A program made the translations under genes and the position numbers. Under the pieces are notes generated by a model. The model made no database searches. It was not told where the DNA came from and saw only the letters and a program-made list of their open reading frames with translations. This document shows, piece by piece, positions 26,926 through 40,371 of a stretch of DNA of 64,000 nucleotides. The DNA is from Geosiphon pyriformis uo1 (lineage: Eukaryota > Fungi > Glomeromycota): positions 211,156-275,155 of the forward strand of contig JAAOMT010000494.1 of assembly GCA_016748015.1 (NCBI GenBank), given 5' to 3'. Each line of letters starts with the position of its first letter. Within the stretch, counting starts at the first letter, position 1.

Positions 26926-28044
26926 CAGGGGGGTATAAAAAATATTGGAAACTTTTATAATATGTTATATAAAAGAACTAACTTATGAATCGTTAATTTT
27001 TTATTATTATATTAAAATACATGTTAGTAGTTTGTTTGACCCCCATTTGCTTCAAGAATAGCTTGAACTCGACGTGGCTAGACTTGATCAAATTACGATA
27101 ATAATTTACAGGTATCGCATCCCATTCTTCCTTAACCCAATGTTCCAATTGTACAATATTTGAGGGTTGTGAATTATGTTGACGAATTTTAACTTCAATA
27201 TATGACCAAAGATTTTCTATTGGAGTAATATCAGGACTTTGTGGTGGCCAAGGAAGTAATTCAACATTTGAAGAGGTAAGAAAAGAACGCGCGACTTTTG
27301 ATGTGTGGATTGGTGCATTGTCTTCCTGAAAAAAAAAACTTTTTTTTAGTTTTTTTTGCTTGAAGTTTTACTGTAGAAATTGCATAATTAGCCAAGGTTT
27401 TNNNNNNNNNNNNNNNNNNNNNNNNNNNNNNNNNNNNNNNNNNNNNNNNNNNNNNNNNNNNNNNNNNNNNNNNNNNNNNNNNNNNNNNNNNNNNNNNNNN
27501 NNNNNNNNNNNNNNNNNNNNNNNNNNNNNNNNNNNNNNNNNNNNNNNNNNNNNNNNNNNNNNNNNNNNNNNNNNNNNNNNNNNNNNNNNNNNNNNNNNNN
27601 NNNNNNNNNNNNNNNNNNNNNNNNNNNNNNNNNNNNNNNNNNNNNNNNNNNNNNNNNNNNNNNNNNNNNNNNNNNNNNNNNNNNNNNNNNNNNNNNNNNN
27701 NNNNNNNNNNNNNNNNNNNNNNNNNNNNNNNNNNNNNNNNNNNNNNNNNNNNNNNNNNNNNNNNNNNNNNNNNNNGAAATAATCCCTCCTTTTTGGTATT
27801 CAGAAAGTTCTTTTCCAAGACACATTTGATGCGGTAAATTTTTTCACGACAAGAATGTTTGATATTTTATATATACGCGTATAATCCACTGTTGTGTTTT
27901 ACAAGGACGCGATTTATGTTGATTTGTAGATTATAACTATAAGTAATTATAAAAAAAATTATGGCTTAAATTGGTAATGGTATTACAATATATAGCCTTT
28001 TTTATATATTATATTAAGTGTCCAATACTTTTTATACCCCCCTG
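26926..28044 (-). mobile_element. Tc1 (DD34E) DNA transposon with 27-bp TIRs and TA target-site duplication; interior interrupted by an assembly gap
   Basis: Left CAGGGGGGTATAAAAAATATTGGAAAC versus right reverse complement CAGGGGGGTATAAAAAGTATTGGACAC, each flanked by TA. Transposase N-terminus GKELSEYQKGGII. C-terminus FQEDNAPIH-...-WPPQSPDITPIENLW has exactly 34 residues between D and E, then PRRVQAILEANGGQTNY* after a 1-bp frameshift. Confidence 0.95.
27402..27775. other. Assembly gap (N run) inside the Tc1 element
   Basis: Run of N bases. Confidence 1.
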
Positions 28045-31000
28045 TATATAGTAAGCAGTATTTTTTTTAAATAAATTAGAAATATATTTTGTTAATTAGA
28101 ACCTTGGAAAGAAATCTACAACAACTTTTAAATTTAGGTGTATTTTATATTAGATTCAAAAAAATAAAATCAAGTTTTTTGTTTTAAATAAATTCAATAG
28201 AATATCTATTTTTACAATTAATTATTTTATATTTGTTCAGCCTAAATATTTTTGAGTGTATTTTCTATCAAGGTTTTATACTTTCCTTATTCTTTTTCTT
28301 TCATCATTTCAAATCTTTGTATAAATAGATCTGAAACTTAAGAGAAGATACCGCTTTTTATTCGAGTAAATTGTTTTAAATAATTTTATTTGTAATTTTT
28401 TGATTTTTTTCTTATTTTTTAAAATTGTAAAATATAATTTATTAGGCTCAAAATCAAATAAATTCCAAGATGTAAACTTATTCCATATTTTTATTATTTA
28501 ATTCTTTGCTTTCAAAGTTAAAATATTGGGCCTTGTATATTGCAATTTTATTTACTTCAATGGTTTATTATAAGATATAGCTACTTGAGTTTATATTTTT
28601 TAAGAAAATACTCAATGCTAGATATATGGTTTTGTTTTCAAAAGAGAAACCTAAAAGAAACAAAAAAAATAATGATTTATTAAACCGTTATTTATTTTTA
28701 AACATAATTACTAAACTTTTGAACTTACTAACCACAGAACATATTATTTGAAATTTTTATGATAAATTAATAGCTTTGTGAGATTTTCAAATGAATTAAG
28801 TTTTGTCTTAAAAATTTAAAATATACTTTACTTATATATTAATTATTTGAACTGATTTAAGTTTTTTTAGCACTCTAATGTAAATATACTGGTGCTAAAA
28901 ATCTTCAAAATTTACTAAAGAAATTGTTTTTCTATAATTTAAATATCAAAAATGAAGAAATACCATTTTCTTATAAAAAAATTAGAAAAAAAAGAGCCTA
29001 AAAATTTGACAGAAAAGTCTTTAACATTAAAATAAAACTAGTTTTAATTATCGTGGTTTAAATAAAAGAGTTCAAATTGTTTTAAAATTTTAGAAAAAAG
29101 ATTTTGAATTTTTTAGTAAAGTACATAATAACCAAAATGGGTTTGGATAATAATAATTTGAATTATTCGGATGAAATAAATAGTTTCAATAATATTTTTT
29201 AAAGCATTTTTTTATTTTGTTGTTTTTTATCTCTGTTTTCAATAGTAAACTTTTGAAATTGAATTTAAATTTGAATATAATGTCTCTTTTTGAACAAAAA
29301 ATTTTATAAAATATTCTAATTCTGAATTTTGTTTTATAAAAATCAAATCTTAGCATAATAATAATAATAATAAAAATTGAATGTGATTTGTTGAAAATAA
29401 TTGGAACTTTTGGTTTTAAAAAAAATCATTTATCTTTTAACAAAATTCTAAACTATAAAAAATTCTACTTTTTGAAAGAACAGTTTAATAAACAAGCAAA
29501 ATTTTAATTTTATAAGGTTCACATACATTATTTGTCTAATGTTTTGCTTATTTGGAATTACAATTAAGTCTGTTTATATTAAATTTGAATGCACCAAACT
29601 TTAAGTATAGTAAACAAAAATTGCCTTGATCAAATTTTTATAATTAATAAATCTACTCATAATAAACTTTATTAATAAATCTGTTTATAATGAATTTGAA
29701 CTTATCTTATGAATTTTCATATTTAATTTGCTCTTCTTATAACGAATTTTCATATGAGCACATGTAATATTATATGTAATATAATGCAAAATTTCGTTTT
29801 TGATAATCATATTATATTTATTATTTATTATTTAGGATTAATAATATTATGTTATGGCTTTTTTGTAAAAAAAAATTATTATAAACACCTTTAATTTTAG
29901 GATAATTTAATATTAATTATATTTAACAATAGTAAAAAGCAAGTCTTTTTACTGTTTAAAAATGTGAAATTTGTAAAGTAAAAAAACAATTTAAGTTTAA
30001 GTCATATAAAGCTTGTCAACAATACAATATTAAAAAAATAATAATAATTGATATTTTAAAAAAAATATATTTGCTTGGCATTACAATTAAACAAGATGAT
30101 TTAAAAAAATTTTGAAAAACTGCAAATTTATTATCTGTTAAATATTAAAAATAAATATATTTTTATTATAAATATTTTTTTGTGCTTATAATTTTAAAAA
30201 TATTTAAATTACTAATAAAATTGGTATTTTTTGAAAAATAAAATCTTTATATGTTTTGATTTATATTAAACTATTAAATTACGATTTTTTGTACTACAAA
30301 TTTTTTGAGAACAGAAAAAAATAAAGCTTAGTCTTATTTACAAATATGAAAAATATTGAGCAATATAAAACTTATATTACTATTAAAATAAGACAGCTTA
30401 AATGTAAGTTAGTATTTTTAAAAAAAAAAAATTTATATTTAATAAAAATGTGAAAAAACAAAATAAAAATATTCTATTATTAATTGACAATAAACTAATA
30501 TATAATGCAAAAATTAAAATTTTCTACTAAATATTACAACTTTTTTGATACTAAATTACTTATTTTTTTTAAATGTAAATATAAGACTTTATTTATTTAA
30601 AATTAAATTAAAGCATATAAAAATTTTTAAAATAATGTTGTAATTCTTGTTAATTATAAAATATATAATGTTTTAATAAATACAGCAAAAAAACATAGTC
30701 TAAAATATTACAACAAATAATACATAACTGTTAATTTAAAACTGGTATTTTTAAAAAAGAACAATTATTGAATTTTTTAATATTAATGAAAATAAAATTT
30801 TTTTTTGGAAATGCTTCTTAAAAATTTACTAAATAGTAAAAATTTTTTAGTAAATAAATATTTAAACAGAATTTATTGATAAAAATATAAAAAAAGTAAT
30901 TAAAAGAAAGTTAAAACAGTGAAATAATAAGTAATATAGTAGTTAAAACATCAGTAAATATAGTTTTAAAGTATTTGTATTAGCAAAAATTAGAATTGGT

Positions 31001-32361
31001 AAGATTGATAAAGAAATAAAAATTTTAAAAAGATTAAATAGATAAATTGAGTTAGTCATTCAAACAAACTAATTTCAACTATTATTTTGAAAATAAAATA
31101 ATAAAGTAGTTTTAACAGTTTATTAATATTTATATCTGCATTTTATTATATTTGTTTTTATATTTTTATATTAATAAAAGTAATTCTTACAAGCTTTTTA
31201 TTAATAAATATAATAAAAATTTATTTTCTTTTAAAGTCATATCTCTTACTTATTTTAAACTTCTTAAATAAAATAAAACAATTGTTATTGTTATTTAATA
31301 AAGAAAATTTCACCAAAATTGAATAAATTATGTACGTTACCATTACATAATACATCTAGCTGGCTATAACAAACAAATGATAGGAGATTCTGTATAAATA
31401 GAGTCCATTATCTTACTGTAAGTCTTTTTGGAGATTTCAATTTCTTGATGATTTTTTTACATTCTAAAATATAAAAGAAAGGCATTTTCTAGCAGCAATC
31501 TTGTCCTGTGTGACAAGATGCAACTTCCAATTATTTGAGACTAAATGAGATAATATTATTTAATTAATTATTAATCATAACAAAGAATTGAAATAAATAT
31601 ATAAATAAATTATGTAAAGTTTATATGCAAATAAAAAAACATTCAAAATGATATTTGGCAAAACAAATTTAAACTGATTCAAATTTTTTAACCTTATTTT
31701 TTAAAAATGAACAAATTTTTGTCAATATTTCCAAGTTTTTTGATTTCGGTTTAGTTTTTTCATTTTAAAAATTGTTGTTTTTAGAGGAAAAAAATACAAT
31801 TAAAGTGTTTTTAATGTATTCTTTCAATTTAGCAGAATTTCGCAAGGTAGAATTGATTAACCATTTGTACAATCAATCGGTTATCATTACCAATTAACTT
31901 TGAATTAGGTAAGTTTTATCTTTCTATTTCTCCGATTCATAGATGCAACTCAAATTTTTACATATTTTTACAAAAAATATGGTTCATTCTTTTATTTGAA
32001 AATTGGAATTAAAAAAATTACATCCATTAAATAAATTATTTAAGTAGAAAAAATAGCTATTGAAATTACCTAAATTTATAAGGGAAGAGATATTTCCCCA
32101 TAACATCTCTTCTATTTAACGTCCCTTTTTATATTAAAAATTTTCCCGTTCAAAGTAGAACATATGTAATTTCTCAAATCATGCATGTATTTCTGAAATA
32201 AATGCCTGATACATAAATATAAAATATTGCATGATTAAAATTAATGAATTCCAATTATATTTATTCAAAAATTACATATGGCTATTTATCGACATAGAAC
32301 TTTGAAACAAATATAAATTGACCTGTAACCATTGTCCAATCATACACCTTCAAGGTGTTTA

Positions 32362-33204
32362 TTAATAACCTCCATGTGGGGGAGGAAGGGGGGGTTGTGA
32401 TCCAGGCACTAGTGAAAGTGGTAGAGAAAGCCGAGGTTGTGACCCAGGCACTTGTTGATTGTATGGTTGTGGCGATGGATGTCCTACCTGTTGATTGTAT
32501 GGTTGTGGCGATGGGTGTCCTACCTGTTGATTGTATTGTTGTGGCAATGGATGTCCTGCCTGTTGATTGTATGGTTGATAGTATAGAGTTTCTAAACCGG
32601 TAATCTTACTATCTGATGGATATGTTATTGGATGCTGATATTCGGGATCGGGAGTGTAATTTTGAGATGATAATTCAGGGGGTAATGATGCATAGAATTG
32701 ACCGGAAGGTGGTGCACCTGGGGTTTGGGCATAGTGAGGGTATGAGTAACTTGATTGTAGAAAGTTGTAATCCGGTTGATGGCCACCGTTGTCATTATAA
32801 TCGCTTAGTGGAGGAGGTGAACTTAGATATGGAGAAGGTTTTAATTTATATTCCATTTGTCCACCCGGAATCAATTCATTATTAGTTTCAGATGAAGTTG
32901 GCGGAATCGTCTTTACTTTTTTGTGTCTTTTATAAATTTTCCAAAATAGCAACGCAGCAAAAATTGCTACTCCGACACCAACTACAACCCCTATTATTAT
33001 GGTCTTCGAAGAACCTTTTGTACCAACTGGTGGAGTAACAGTTTCTGTTTGAGTATAATAAACTGTGGATGTTCTTGTTGGAGTTAAAGTATTTTTTTTA
33101 GTTGCTGTTGGAATTTGAGCAAGGACACCAAAATCACCAGAACTAATTATACAAAATCCAGCCAACAATATAAAGGCTGATAATCTTGTCAATTTATTCA
33201 TCAT
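32362..33204 (-). CDS. Type I single-pass membrane protein: signal peptide, short Thr-rich ectodomain, TM, Pro/Gln/Tyr-rich repetitive cytoplasmic tail
   Basis: 280-aa intronless ORF with a hydrophobic N-terminus; TM IIIGVVVGVGVAIFAALLFW followed by KIYKRHKK; tail carries QPYNQQVGHPSP repeats. Confidence 0.85.
   Translation of the reverse strand: MMNKLTRLSAFILLAGFCIISSGDFGVLAQIPTATKKNTLTPTRTSTVYYTQTETVTPPVGTKGSSKTIIIGVVVGVGVAIFAALLFWKIYKRHKKVKTIPPTSSETNNELIPGGQMEYKLKPSPYLSSPPPLSDYNDNGGHQPDYNFLQSSYSYPHYAQTPGAPPSGQFYASLPPELSSQNYTPDPEYQHPITYPSDSKITGLETLYYQPYNQQAGHPLPQQYNQQVGHPSPQPYNQQVGHPSPQPYNQQVPGSQPRLSLPLSLVPGSQPPLPPPHGGY
32453..32578 (-). repeat. 36-bp coding tandem repeat (~3.5 copies; 12-aa unit QPYNQQVGHPSP)
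   Basis: TGTTGATTGTATGGTTGTGGCGATGGRTGTCCTACC repeated on the + strand with few substitutions. Confidence 0.9.
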
Positions 33205-35443
33205 GTTATTTCGTCAATAGCCACACATGAAATATGCAAGCTCCAATTATTTTAAAAAAAATGCTAAATTTTCCCTTGCTTGAAGTATGCAAAGGATGGG
33301 GTATAATAGCAAAAGCCAATAAGCTAGTTATTTAAAGTTTTTTAGAGGAATTGGTTTGACAATTTTTCTTCAATGGGTGTCACGTAATACCTAGGTCATT
33401 ATTGAGAAGGGCGTCTACTTAAAAGGTAAAATGACAGGGGTTTAGTAAGAATGCAGCATTTAGTTAATGAAACATGGGCAGGATTTTTGGTTGTGGATCA
33501 CAAATAAAATGCAAAACGCTGAAAATCATCTAATTCGTCGTCGAACCTGTTTTTATTCAGGGTTCCTTGTTAAACGAGATACGAATTTCCAAATAAATTA
33601 AAAGCCACAATCAATTAAGTTTGATAAGCACAATAATGTTGTGTAACTTTATCAAATCAGAAATGGTGGCTTATTTCTATAAACTTTATATAAAATTATA
33701 ATATAAAAATAGTTTATTTAAAAAAAAATTTCATGAACTTTAAAGTTACTATTACCAATAATTAAATTTTAATTTTAAGGTTTTATTTTAAGGTTATTTT
33801 CAAGACTATTTGATTTGATAAATTTAATATTAATTATTAAAATTTTGTTGTTAAAACTGTAAAATTTGAAATAAATAAATAAATATTTTATTTTTTAATT
33901 GGAGTTTTTTTTAAAAAGATTATTAAAAATATTGAATTTATAATAATTTTAATTAATTTACAATTTTTGATTTTTGAAAATTACTTTAAATAATAATATA
34001 AAAACAATCTTAAAAATATTTTTATTCTTAATTATATATTTGAATTTTTCTATTTGTAAAATAAATAAAACAATAAAATTATTGGTTTTTAATATATATA
34101 TATATATATAATATGTGTAATAGATTAATTATTATTTTTTAAATATTTTAAATATTTAGTTATTTTATTATTGTGCTACAATTTTCAAATATTTTGAATT
34201 GAAAAGTTGAAAAAAAAGTTGAAAAAAATAATAATTAATTTATATATTTTTACAATTTAATTGCATTAAAATGTTTTTTGAAATAAAAAAAATTTAAATA
34301 TATTATAAATAAAAGTCTAAACTAAATCGCTAATTCAATAATATTAAATACCAAATATTTCATAATATTAAAATCTATTAACAATTCTTTAATAATTAAA
34401 CACATAAATAAATAAATAAATAAGAAAGGAAATTTACCAAAACAATTATTCTTAATAAACAGGTTTCAGTAGTTATAGTGCACAAAGACCCCTCAAACAA
34501 ATGTCACTATTACATGTATTTGGTACACGAAGAAACTTATTGTGTAAGCATCTATACTAACTGCTATTAATTTAAAGGTATTTTTCTAAACGGTATTTGA
34601 TAAATATCAAGCCTATTATTATTTATCTTGAAAATAATTGCTTAGATAATTTTGCATTTGTTCTTGTAATTTGCAAAAACTCACAACTTTGATTTATTTC
34701 TTAAATACTTATTCCGTCAGAAAATTCTCCTATTTCTAGCTACTTTTTCATAGCAAATTTAAGGAATGGGATTAAATCAAACTGGTTTCATTCTATTAAT
34801 TTTCTTTAATTTTATTCCTTTACCTCCTAATCGGTAAGAAACTATTACCGTGAAAGTGCAAATTAATTAATTAATTAATTAATTTAATCTTTTATTTATT
34901 TATATTTTTAAAAAATATTACCAATTTCGTTTACATTAAGCTATTTTTTTAATTATTTAATGAAAAAAACTGAATAAACAAAATCAAATTAAATAAATTG
35001 ATTAATTCTATTAAACTTAAATTCGATCTAACGGCAAAATTTGTTAGCAAATTTGTGTAAAAAGAAGGATACCATAATTAGTTTTAAAGATAAATTCTTT
35101 TTCATGAAAACTTTTTGAATGCAAAATCTATTTTCTTAAACCAGAAGTTACAAATTCAAGTTGAAATTAAAACAGCAAAAAGATGTGATTATGAGAGATA
35201 ATACCAGAAACCCTTGATTGAAATTTCTTAGGACTATTAAGAAGTTCACAAAAATTCTTAGTATATGTTCCAGTTAATTAATAGAAAAATTTCCTATAAT
35301 GGTTAATGATTTCAATTGTCAAATATATATATATATATATATTTAGTTTAATTTTATTAGAAGAAAACTATGAAGGGTTATCTTAAATAATAGTTCAAAT
35401 TTTCAAACTTTATAGAACTCTAAACTAGATCCTACCTTCCCTC

Positions 35444-36491
35444 TTAGTCGGAATATTCATCCTCACTTAATGAAGCAGTCTTAAGATTTTTTCCATAAAT
35501 TGTTTTGCGTGCGAATGTCTCTTCCTTTTTCGAGGATCTTGTAGGATTTTCAATTGCACCAAGTGAACCCAAAAAGGATTCAAGACCTTTTATGTGAATA
35601 ATATAAATTTATTCAAAATGTACTTAAAAAAATCGAGTTTATGAAAAAGGTAATTGATCGTATACCTTCTAAGGTCATTCCCATCCCGCCAAATCTTTCT
35701 GCTCCAACTACCTGTTCTTTGATATCTCCCTCGCCGTATATCAATAATGTAGGTAGATTTCGATCAGGATAATTTGGAATACATTGGTCACCAATGATTT
35801 TGATGAATTTTGTCAACCGATGTTTTGCCGCAAGACTAGTTAAATGTGTATTCAACAATTTACAGACTGGAACTCTAAAATGAATGAATTTGAGTAATGA
35901 TTACATAATCTTTGAACATGGCGATGATTTACTTACGAGTCTTTGAATAAATGTACAACAACCCAATCCACCTTACTAGCCTCTGTAACCTCCCTGATAA
36001 AATCAGGTTTCGAGATCTGTATCAACTGACCATACTTTGCACATTCGGATTCAGCTTTCATTTCGGCAATCCGTCTTTTCCTAAAAATCATGAAATAACC
36101 GAAATTAAATACAGTTCTTAAAAAAATTTATTGTATGGGTTCAATCTTGACTAAAAACTAACAAAAATTCACATACCTATATTCAAACAGCACTCGATCA
36201 TCCTCTTCATCCTCTAACTCATCTAATTCGTCAAGGGTTCTTTCCTCTAAACCTTTTTCATTTCGAGCGGCAATGACCTCGTCCATTGCCTCCAAGATCT
36301 CATCTTCTGTTGGACCTTCCTTTTTAGGGAGAATTCCATGTGCACGAAGAATATCGTTCCTATTCATGCCCGATCAAATGATCAAAGAGTACCATTATAG
36401 TTTTTTGCTTATAAGTCAGATTTTGGAATTCTCTTTTATTTTTACAAATGAAAACCATTACATACCATTCAGTGTCTGCATTTGGATCCAT
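35444..36491 (-). CDS. PLP2: Phosducin-like protein 2 (PDCL3/VIAF family; CCT co-chaperone); 5 exons
   Basis: MDPNADTEW|NDILRAHGILPKK, ISKPDFIREVTEAS..WVVVHLF and KFIKIIGDQCIPNYPDRNLPTLLIY, with an acidic C-terminus. Confidence 0.93.
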
Positions 36492-37695
36492 GGTTGTTCA
36501 ATTAAATTTTCAAAATTAGATTTAATCTCAAATCCTGTCAAAAAAAAAAAAAAAAAAGAGTTTATATACAAATAACCAAGCATTTAGATATATTGGTCTG
36601 CGCAGAAAACAAGAATAAACACTGGGCGAGTTAAAAACAAAAGCTGTCAGCCAAGTATTTCTAAATTAGCAATAACGAAACTAGCCAAGAATCCAAGATT
36701 TTAAAAATTTGAAACTTGACCAACATGTTACAACAGGACTAGGCAATCTATCAATTGAGTTCGTTTTAAAGATAGAAATTCAAAGTAACTAACTGTCACT
36801 TATCTAGTTCGGAAATTAGAATCTGCATTGAAGTGATCAAACTCCTGAGTTGGGTATTTATATATATATATATATATATATACCATACTTTTTCATGGGA
36901 AAATTAGGTTAGAGCCAAATACAATGCATGATTATCCTTTATGTTAAATAAATTCCCAGTTTTAAAAGTTTCCTGATTGAAATATTTTTTCTTTTGGAGG
37001 ATTAATATTTCTTAATCATCAATCATATGACCCAACCCAAAAATCATCCATTTCCTTTGGTATCTCAACTTTAATTAGACATCAATACGTACCAAAACGT
37101 TGTGTATAAAATTAAGGTTAAGAAATTAAATAAATCTTTAACCGTTGGTCGAAAAATCGAATTCCCTCAAAACCAGTTAACAAATTTGTAATCAAAGGAA
37201 TTTTTTACTTAATCCTTATTAAGTTATAATAATGTTAAATATAATTTAAATTTGAAAAAGAAAATTGCAAACGTGTTACCAAGAAAGATTAAATGTTCCA
37301 TTATGTAACCCATGTGCTCTTAGCAGAAAATCGCATCTTACCGAATAAATTTCCTTTTCGCTCGATCACAAACAAAAAAATCGACAATTTGTTCTTGAAT
37401 CACACCAATGCTTTAATTTTTCAAAAGCTCAGATCCTTTTAAAGTATCCATCGGAATTAAGTTGTGAAAAAAAAAAGTATACAACATGACTTCATCAATA
37501 ATAAAATCATACATAATGCGAAGCAATAATAGGTTTAATTCTCATTACCTAATAACTTTTCTCCTAACAGCGTGGATATGAAACCAAACTATATCAAAAA
37601 AAAAAACAAAAAAACTCAAGAGTGCATATCAGACTCTTGTAAAAACTATAAAGGTCAACCCATTTCAACCTGATAAATAAATATACATCATCACT

Positions 37696-39640
37696 ATGTC
37701 TATTTCTGAATCATTGTTTCGTAAGTCCGCTCCAAATGACCGTGCGTACAAAGCAATTTGTCGTGCTAATGAATTCTACGTGTCAAAAAATTATCGCCGT
37801 GCCATAGGTTTGTTGAGAATTAATGTGAATATAATAAAATTACATAATGATAATTATTTTGACTTTGTTATTTTCGCACTCCTTATTCTTGTTAGTTTTT
37901 TTCCAACTTAAAAGATGAATACTCAAAAGCATTAAGGCTATCTCAACCCAACATGGATCCTAAAAAGGCGTCAGACTTTTCAGCATTATTATTCGGTAAT
38001 CGTAGTGCGTGTTATTTTGAGAAGAAACTTTACCAGGATGCCGAGAAAGATGCCGCTCAAATGATTCGTATGCGGCCAGAGTGGGGGAAGGTACGTTGAA
38101 CAAATTTTTAGTAGTGAATAAATTTTGAAAATTCAATTTTGCGAAACTTTTCACTCTTTCCTTTCTAATTTAAATTTAAAAAAAGAACCTTATTGGCAAG
38201 ATTTTATTATGCCTTCAATATTTAATAATGATGGTTTAAGTGAAGGGAGAAAAGCAATTGTCCCGTTTTTTGTAATTTTAAACTATTCCTCACATTTATC
38301 CAATTATGAAATTAATCTTTGGTTAGGGATATTACAGACGAGCAGAAGCACTCATAGAACTCCAACAATTTGACGAAGCAATTGAATATTACCAAGAGTC
38401 ACAGCGACTGGTAAGTAAAACATTAAAAGGAACTCATTAAAAGTTTCCTTAATTTTGTGGTTGCCTCAATGATTCTTTTAGGAACTATCTCATAAAGTTC
38501 CAAAAATCTTACATTTAGGACTCACAGAACCCAAAAATTCCTCTCCGAATTGCACATTCGCTAATCCTAAAGGATAATCACGAAATGGGTAAGTCTCGAT
38601 TGTCAGATGACTTTGTTGCATTTCCCCGATTTGTCACTGCACGTTATTTTAATTTCCGATGTCCACTATAGATATTTATTGACAAAATCCTATTGTTACT
38701 TTTTCCTCTTTTTACGAAGGAATCGCCATATGCCCGCTTGTGCCCGGAAGAGATATATGCCTCCGAAAAACTGCCGTATCGAATCCAGTCCAAGCAAAGA
38801 TTTTTAAATTCGCGATTGAAATGAAAAATATGATTTATGTGATTGTTGACTTGGAGAGCCGAAAATGTTTGGTAGTCGATGCGGTAAGAAACGAGTTTCA
38901 AGGTTTAGATATTAAAAATAATAAAACGGTGCTGGTTGTTTAAATTCAAGATCTCAATGGTATTTATTCATTCAAGAAGTTGTTTTCGACAATTAGTGCT
39001 GGGACGTGAACGGAATTCTCAAATTTATCAAATCCAAAAAATGGAAATTAGTGGGAGCTATTGTAACACATTATCATTTCGACCATGTTGGAGGTAAATT
39101 GAATGTAACTGAAATCCTGTTTTGAATTATTTCTCAGTTAAATTTATTCTCCATCCAGGGAGACCCCCACCGCCATACGATCAATTTTTAATACAAGTCC
39201 CGGGACTTGCCACCCTTTTAAAACGGTTTTCTTCATTGAAGGCATATGTGCATCCTCTCGATCTTCCATATCTCCTTGAGGCGAACCCCGGCCTCGCAAA
39301 TTACAAAAATAAATTTGTAGAGACAACAGGGCAGCATATAGAAACTTTGGGAACAAAGGTGAAACTTCGATTTATTCATGTCCCAGGACATACCGAAGGT
39401 AGTCAAGCAATAATGGTGAATGAATGTCGTCTTTTGACAGGAGATACTTTAATGTGTGGTTGCATCGGTAGAGTTGACCTTCCAGGTGGTAACGCATGCG
39501 AAATTACAAAGACATTAAAGGAAAGATTGAGTCAATTGGAAGATGGGATAATTATATTACCCGGGCATGATTATGGTGGGGAGTGGACCACAATCGGAAT
39601 GGAGAGGGAACGTCAGATTGTCGGGAATATAGTGAAATGA
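37696..39640 (+). CDS. Fusion of a 3-TPR domain and a metallo-beta-lactamase-fold hydrolase (glyoxalase II/persulfide-dioxygenase-like); multi-exon
   Basis: TPR: ANEFYVSKNYRRAIDEYSKAL, LFGNRSACYF, RPEWGKGYYRRAEAL. MBL: THYHFDHVGG, PGHTEGS, TGDTL, GRVDL, PGHDY. Exons join in frame through GT-AG introns. Confidence 0.87.
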
Positions 39641-40371
39641 AAAAAGTGATAGAATAGTATTAAAAGATATTATTACTGTAAAATCGGTCGAATATTATTT
39701 AGACCAAAAATGTAATTGAGAAAATCAGAAATTAACCCCATTCAAACCTATAGCTAGCCCCAAATATTTCGATTCCTTTTCATTTGAATCGACTCCTTCA
39801 TTCCATCAGATGTTTGCCATGTGACCACTTCAATCCAATGAGTGAGCTATTTTTGAGAAAATCGGTTCAAATTATTATTGGTAACGGCAATCGATTGCTT
39901 TTTTAATCATATGAGAGAAAAATTTTCTTCGAGATGATTAAACGACGTACAATCAATGCTAATGAGCCAAAATCAATTCCTGGCCCATAGTTGTAATCCA
40001 TTCTTGGGTTGCGCAAGGCCTTATAAACTTTTTAGGCAGGATCTTAATTTCTGTTTTTCTCAGTAATTCGCATTCAGATACCAATCTATAGTAACTTTGG
40101 ATATGCAATTTGTGATCTCAACTTGAAATAAAATTAACACCAGTAAAATAGAATTACACCTTTCGTACAATGAATATCGCCCATATTTTGATTTTTCTTA
40201 TATGTGTTTCTATAAGATTTCTTAATTAATTCCATACAGAATCACAGGCGTCAATTATTATTTTATTTAAGGAAATCTCATGCTTCTGTCAACAGAAAGT
40301 CAGAAAAGACAGAATAATAATTTTCACCATTGATATATTAGGTTTTCTTGAAGCCATATAATCGATTTCCT

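Noticed and set aside
27261-27825. ORFs containing long X runs
   Set aside because: Artefacts of the N gap; only the flanking Tc1 transposase pieces are real.
32453-32578. 36-bp repeats as a CRISPR array
   Set aside because: Head-to-tail with no unique spacers, in-frame coding, eukaryotic context and no cas genes.
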